Assembly (NCBI GenBank): GCA_021802105.1
Contig: JAKAAW010000001.1
Span: 8,150-72,149 of the forward strand
Length of the DNA stretch: 64,000 bases
From: Nanobdellota archaeon
GTDB taxonomy: Archaea; Nanobdellota; Nanobdellia; Parvarchaeales; Parvarchaeaceae
Reading direction: 5' to 3'
Positions 60,301 through 64,000 of the stretch are shown here, piece after piece. The notes beneath the pieces were generated by a model, which was not told where the DNA came from, ran no database searches, and saw only the letters and a list, made by a program, of their open reading frames with translations. The translations under genes were made by a program, and so were the position numbers. Numbering within the stretch: the first letter of the stretch is position 1; each line of letters begins with the position of its first letter.

Positions 60301-60410
60301 GAAGTCTTTTTTATCCTCTCAAAAACTTTCTTTTTCTTCCAATCTAAGTTGATAATTTTTTCTTCATCTACACCATTATAAAAATCAGCCATAACCAATA
60401 AGCTATACAA
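57321..60410 (-). CDS. ileS: isoleucine--tRNA ligase
   Basis: It has a class I HIGH-like 'PPFVTNEVHPGT', the CP1 editing motif 'WTTTPWTLPSNAA', 'KLSKSEGN' (KMSKS), and zinc-binding CxxC pairs. The length is 1029 aa. Confidence 0.85.
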   Translation of the reverse strand: MYSLLVMADFYNGVDEEKIINLDWKKKKVFERIKKTSEGKPKFYFLDGPPFVTNEVHPGTMLGIFMKDSIIRYKQMKGFDVRMQPGWDTQGLPIEVAVEKRLGIKNKKEIKEYGEERFINECKKFAEEYIRLNTSIMLDYGLLWYNNKPYKTYEDKYIEAVWAALKNADGMGLLYKGFKTTWFCVRCGTPMSNYEVRDKYYDKEDPSLYVLFKADDDRYLIVWTTTPWTLPSNAAIAVNSDFIYVDAEIDGKTAIIAKDRLSVLDELGIKYAVKREYSGSELIGLRYRPLFPDIPQIKENAERIGKVIDGSDFVSEEGTPFVESDAGTGLVHSAPGHGESDYKIGLDNDLPMLSPVDDEGKFTYKAGWLEGESVLKANEIIIKTLQEQGAVLAVKKVLHKYPHCWRCKTPLVQRASDQWFMNVKKIKGRLIEISKSITWIPPLSMDMFETWLSNAQDWVISRQRYWNTPLPVWECSKCDGKAVVGSKKELLSLSGEKSIKSLHKNDLDSVTIKCPKCSEPMKRVTHVVDVWLDSGSASFADLGYPAKKKDYEKWFPADFICEGNDQVRGWFYSSLVMGYLATSKLSFKNAVMHKFVIGDDGRKLSKSEGNYKSLLELQKEGYGRDALRLALLKHGLEDIVVFSTNDLSDAKKVINIIYNLRNLYTSVNKGFESKKSEKHFDMEDRWILSKWNETKKTVDEEMEKFRPDHAINSLVDFVVNDFSRTYMKLAKPRIFDEEDAAAFYVFSLVLKESSSIMSIFVPYISEYTHKALGEKGSVLLSKFPAVEESLIDPIIENRMSFTLSVVQDVLAAREKIKTPLRRPLNSILLPGVSGDQILEDILKMLTNALHVRYELNESDFEISLNFDSLKKRYSQEQVTGITAKFIELTKGMVIRHLGKKMDVLIDSKTYELTDDDIKLIPKTADISVFDGQSRKIVLDKALNEEVRVLWIKREVVRTVQSIRKEFGMNREDIIRITLSIDGDIRSVLVSEVLNYVAGKTNATLQKEGKLLKIENLSVDKDNLVVSVFR

Positions 60411-60488
60411 GATAATTTAACTCTTTCTACTGCATGTAGACCTATCCAGCTTCCAAATAGTCAATGGTTTGACTGATATAACAGTTTA

Positions 60489-63080
60489 TTAATTATGCGC
60501 TATCCAGAACTTTTCTTTGTCTATAACCGCGAGGTATACCTTTGATAACTCGTTCTTTGCTTCATCGTTTTTAGGCACTCCTATACCAAAATCCTTTGAT
60601 TGTATAACTATAGTCTTTCCATCATGCGGCAAGGATAATAGTTCTTTTATAAGCTGGCCTGCGTTTTCTAAAGATGTCTTTATAACTATCTTGCTCTCTT
60701 TTGCCCCCTTTATATCAGAAATGACTCTTGCAGATTCAGAATTTTCATAAGCCTCTTTGTAGTGCTTAGCTTCTAGGAAAAATCTCTTTGCAGTGTTATA
60801 TACCTCGGTAGTATTGACCCCCCACATCGCCGAGATGTCCTTTAACTGCTTATCTAGAACTTCTATATATCTCATAGCCGCTTTGTAAGCCACATAATTC
60901 AGCCTCACTATGCCGTCCTGTATGCGTTCAGTTTTTGTTATTTTTATCAATCCAACTTCACCTGTCCTGTTACAGTGAAGCCCTCCACACGCTTCTACAT
61001 CATATCCGTCTATGCTTACAACGCGTATCTCTGCGCTTGGTATAGCGCCTCCCTGATAAATCTCCATTCCATACCTCTTCTCTGCTTCTGTCCTGCCCAT
61101 CTTTTTCGCTTTTATGGTGAGATCTTTGGCGACCACATCATTTGCCATGGATTCGATTTCTATAACTTGTAAATCGGTGAGTTTATCGAAGTATGTTATA
61201 TCAAGGTGTGCCTTGTCAACGTCTTTTTCCGCTCCGTTCTGGTAAACGAATTTGCCTAAAATTCTTCTAGCAGCCTGATTTATTATGTGAGTAGCAGTAT
61301 GGTGCTTTTTTAGAAGCTCTCTTCTCTCAGCGTCAACCTCAAGGGAGACTAACTCTCCTGCATCTTTCTTAAGCGGCTTTTCCAGAGTATGTATTATAAC
61401 CCCTTCTGTTATTCTTACGTCTATAACTTTTATATCGTCTATGTTGCCCCCATCCGGCTTTTGTCCACCCATCTCAGGGTAGAATATTGTCTTATCCAGT
61501 ACTATCTTGTTGCCATCTATCTTCTTTACTATCTTTGATCTGATTTTAAGCAGGTCCTCTCTATAAAAAAGTTTCTCCGTCGGTTTAAGTCTGCTGAGAT
61601 CGTATGTCTTTGCAGCCTCCCTGTTTTCTTTTCTTTTATTTGCGTTGCTGTAAATTCTTTCCGGAAGGTCCACTCTCTTGCCTTCTCTATCTGCTATGTA
61701 CTTTATATCTTCAGGAGTTATACCCTTTGATTCATACAACTCTGACATTACCTCACTGCTTATTCTCCTCTTATCTATCAGCCCTAAGATTGTCTTTGCA
61801 TTCCTGCTCTTGAACTCAGCGTATCTGTCCTTTTCTTTGTTTATTATCGAAGATATATCGAAATCATTCAGCTCTTTGAACCATGAACCGAACTCTTTTT
61901 TATGCTCTTCTATCACGTCGTTCAGATCCAGATCCCAGCCTTTAGATTCTATGAAGTTAAGGCACCTTCTGAGTATGTTTCTTAGGTTATATCCCCCCCC
62001 TACGTTGCTCGGAAGTACTCCATCGTGCACGCTCACAAGAAGTGTCCTTGTGTGGTCTGCTATAGAATAAACAGCCTGCATATCTGTCAGTATCTTTGTC
62101 AATTCCCTTGTGTCAAGTCCGCTTTTTTCGGACAGGATCTTTACGGCTTCATCAAATGGGGTGTTCTCATAGTCTATCTTTCCTGCAAACTTATAGACCT
62201 TCCTTAGGACATCATCGCTGTAATTAACCCCTGTTTTTCTTTTTATGAAATCTATAACCTTTGGGAATACCGCTTCGTACACCGTTGGGGTCCCCATACT
62301 AACCCACGCCCATCTTTCCAGGCCGGCGCCCATATCTATCGTTTTCGTGTCCATATCCTCCAGTCCTTTTGAAGTGATGGAGTAACGCATGTAAACTTGG
62401 TTTCCTAGTTCTAGCCCACCAGCAAAGAACTCTAGGCAGCTTCCGGCGTACCCCGCTCCCGCCCATGAGTCTTCCACGAAAGTGAGTTTATTTGTGTCTA
62501 TCTTAAGCCCGTCTTTTAGCCAGCGATATATATATTTTATAGCCTCCTTATCGAAGTAAGTCTTCTTCTTTTTAGAATTGAACGCCGCCTCCTCTGCCAT
62601 TATGAAACTGGTTAAGTGCCTGCCCGTCAGACCTACGTTCCCTACGTCGTTGAATCTCAAGCATATCTGTGGTACTACAAGAGGATTTGCTGGCGGTTCG
62701 GCCATGCCGTTTATAACATAAGGTGCAAAATCGTCTATTGCAGCCTCCACAAAGTATATATCATCTCTCCATCTAGCTGCAACGGGATATCTCTTTATCT
62801 CTTTATGTCCAAAGTCCCTGAACATGGCGGAGAACCTATCCCACATAATCCTGTATGGCACCTTCATAGGCGTCAATCTCTCATCAAGAAACGTGTAATC
62901 TCCGATGCAGTCCACATCACCGCACGTGTCTATATCAACAGTACTCCAGAAATGTTTACCGCACACACGGCAAACATGCCTTGAGAACCCCAACTCTTTC
63001 AGTGATTTTGCAGGTATTAAAGAGCCAGGATCTTTCTCTATCCGTTTGTGTATTGTTTTTTCTACCTCAGCTTTCTCCAT
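60489..63080 (-). CDS. alaS: alanine--tRNA ligase
   Basis: It has an archaeal AlaRS N-terminus 'FSRHVCRVCGKHFWS', an editing-domain 'HHTATHII' and 'EACGGLHC' (HxxxH...CxxxH). It is 863 aa. Confidence 0.9.
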   Translation of the reverse strand: MEKAEVEKTIHKRIEKDPGSLIPAKSLKELGFSRHVCRVCGKHFWSTVDIDTCGDVDCIGDYTFLDERLTPMKVPYRIMWDRFSAMFRDFGHKEIKRYPVAARWRDDIYFVEAAIDDFAPYVINGMAEPPANPLVVPQICLRFNDVGNVGLTGRHLTSFIMAEEAAFNSKKKKTYFDKEAIKYIYRWLKDGLKIDTNKLTFVEDSWAGAGYAGSCLEFFAGGLELGNQVYMRYSITSKGLEDMDTKTIDMGAGLERWAWVSMGTPTVYEAVFPKVIDFIKRKTGVNYSDDVLRKVYKFAGKIDYENTPFDEAVKILSEKSGLDTRELTKILTDMQAVYSIADHTRTLLVSVHDGVLPSNVGGGYNLRNILRRCLNFIESKGWDLDLNDVIEEHKKEFGSWFKELNDFDISSIINKEKDRYAEFKSRNAKTILGLIDKRRISSEVMSELYESKGITPEDIKYIADREGKRVDLPERIYSNANKRKENREAAKTYDLSRLKPTEKLFYREDLLKIRSKIVKKIDGNKIVLDKTIFYPEMGGQKPDGGNIDDIKVIDVRITEGVIIHTLEKPLKKDAGELVSLEVDAERRELLKKHHTATHIINQAARRILGKFVYQNGAEKDVDKAHLDITYFDKLTDLQVIEIESMANDVVAKDLTIKAKKMGRTEAEKRYGMEIYQGGAIPSAEIRVVSIDGYDVEACGGLHCNRTGEVGLIKITKTERIQDGIVRLNYVAYKAAMRYIEVLDKQLKDISAMWGVNTTEVYNTAKRFFLEAKHYKEAYENSESARVISDIKGAKESKIVIKTSLENAGQLIKELLSLPHDGKTIVIQSKDFGIGVPKNDEAKNELSKVYLAVIDKEKFWIAHN

Positions 63081-63153
63081 AACCCACTTTATATTGGTGC
63101 ATTTTTATACATAAAACACTTATTTATGCACTTATTATCATAGATTATTCTGT

Positions 63154-63227
63154 GGCCGCAGTAGTTTAACTAGGTAGAATATTGGGTTGTGGTCCCATCG
63201 ATCCGAGTTCAAATCTCGGCTGCGGCC
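63154..63227 (+). tRNA. tRNA-His (anticodon GTG) with a genomically encoded G-1, with no encoded CCA
   Basis: The manual fold gives an acceptor GCCGCAG/CTGCGGC and a G-1 (63154) opposite discriminator C73 (63227). The D-stem is GTTT/GAAT. The anticodon stem TTGGG/CCCAT has loop TTGTGGT, giving GTG at 34-36. The T-arm is CCGAG-TTCAAAT-CTCGG. A T9 run follows. Confidence 0.8.
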
Positions 63228-63233
63228 TTTTTT

Positions 63234-63758
63234 TTACTCAGAAGGTTCCCAATTTACAGCACAAGCTTTGCCCGTCTGAAGTCCTTTCAAGGCCCGGTAA
63301 GTCTCATCCGTGCTCCTACCTAAATAGTTGTCAGTGACAAGGAAATATTTCATAACATTGTCTGGATCTAGAATTACCAAGCTTCTCCTGATCTTCCCTT
63401 TCTCATCATCAAAGACGTCGAATAGCTTTGCTATTTCTCCATTAATATCAGACATCAGACTTAACCTTAGAGGTGTGAGCGCTCTATTTTTATTTACCAG
63501 CTTTTCGTGATTCTCTATATTATCGGCACTTATACCTATTATCTCTGCATCAGCGTTCGTGAACCTTTCGTATTCGCCGTTAAACTGCGCTATTTCAGTA
63601 GGACAGACCTCCGAGAAATCAGCTACATAAAAGAGAAGTATCTTCCATTTTCCAGAAAACTGAGAAATGTCTAGCCTTCTCCTACCTTCTGATGTATATG
63701 CCTCTCCTGAGAAAGAAGGGGCTTTATTTCCTATGGTTATCATAACTTCGTTGTACAC
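63234..63758 (-). CDS. peroxiredoxin (AhpC/TSA-Prx family)
   Basis: 'FYVADFSEVCPTE' contains the peroxidatic Cys in the F..(T/S)xxCP.E context. It is 174 aa. Confidence 0.8.
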   Translation of the reverse strand: MYNEVMITIGNKAPSFSGEAYTSEGRRRLDISQFSGKWKILLFYVADFSEVCPTEIAQFNGEYERFTNADAEIIGISADNIENHEKLVNKNRALTPLRLSLMSDINGEIAKLFDVFDDEKGKIRRSLVILDPDNVMKYFLVTDNYLGRSTDETYRALKGLQTGKACAVNWEPSE

Positions 63759-64000
63759 TACCCTGACAGTCCCCCACTAATAAATTGGTAGGGTTCTTCT
63801 GATTTGATATCGCAGAGCGTCCTTGCGTTGCATCTTTAGAGATATCAGCGTCCCTTTGCACGAATCTCGGTCTGCATGCAATCGGAGTATACTCTTTTTC
63901 TCCTTCTTTAAACGGAAGGCGATAGCATTCTCCACTATGAATTTTGTGTCATGGCGACACCAGCCTGTCATACCTTGCACTTGACCTCAGATACTCCCTC

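Noticed and set aside
63140-63230. An alternative reading of the tRNA region as a minus-strand tRNA
   Set aside because: Only the plus-strand fold yields a T-loop TTCAAAT, a 7-bp acceptor with G-1/C73, and a sensible anticodon loop. The minus-strand reading lacks a T-arm.
63777-63980. A 67-aa ORF (minus strand) at the window end
   Set aside because: It has no motifs, an odd composition and no clear start context. It may be part of a gene continuing beyond the window, but this is not supportable.
1-64000. CRISPR arrays, integrase or att sites, and toxin-antitoxin pairs
   Set aside because: Apart from the giant gene's internal repeats and the two IS remnants, no direct-repeat/spacer periodicity, integrase/recombinase, or small paired ORFs typical of TA modules were seen.

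Overview
This window looks like a chromosomal segment of a wall-less, acidophilic-type euryarchaeon of the Thermoplasmata/Thermoplasmatales kind. The evidence for that placement is an unlinked 23S rRNA gene, archaeal housekeeping genes (FEN-1, diphthine synthase, TBP, RadA, the L37Ae-RpoP-Pcc1-prefoldin cluster, L44e-S27e, the L1-L10-L12 operon), a bacterial-type grpE-dnaK-dnaJ operon, a TCA/respiratory block (sdhAB, sucCD, fumC), a glycolytic cluster and two class-I aminoacyl-tRNA synthetases. Coding density is high and genes frequently overlap by a few nucleotides.

Four regions are accessory-looking and more interesting than the rest.

- Positions 1.6-8.0 kb hold a cluster of N-glycosylation-sequon-rich secreted/membrane proteins, several with class III (prepilin-like) signal peptides, next to an A24-family prepilin peptidase.
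- Positions 23-30 kb hold a membrane-anchored S53 (sedolisin) peptidase followed by a FlaI/PilB-type secretion ATPase and a FlaJ/TadC-type polytopic membrane protein, with no archaellin or flaF/G/H genes nearby.
- Positions 38.9-43.1 kb encode a 1386-aa class-III-signal protein built from tandem modules, with perfectly identical internal DNA repeats.
- Two degenerate copies of an IS200/IS605-family element sit directly on the 5' side of genes in the first two loci. Each keeps only the first ~50-85 codons of tnpB plus left- and right-end hairpins, so each is MITE-like.

Several small genes missed by the ORF track were found by eye: rpoP, sec61-beta, and small membrane ORFs flanking the sdh operon and the giant gene. 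A tRNA-His with a genomically encoded G-1 was also found. All functional calls come from reading motifs in the translations; no database search was possible.
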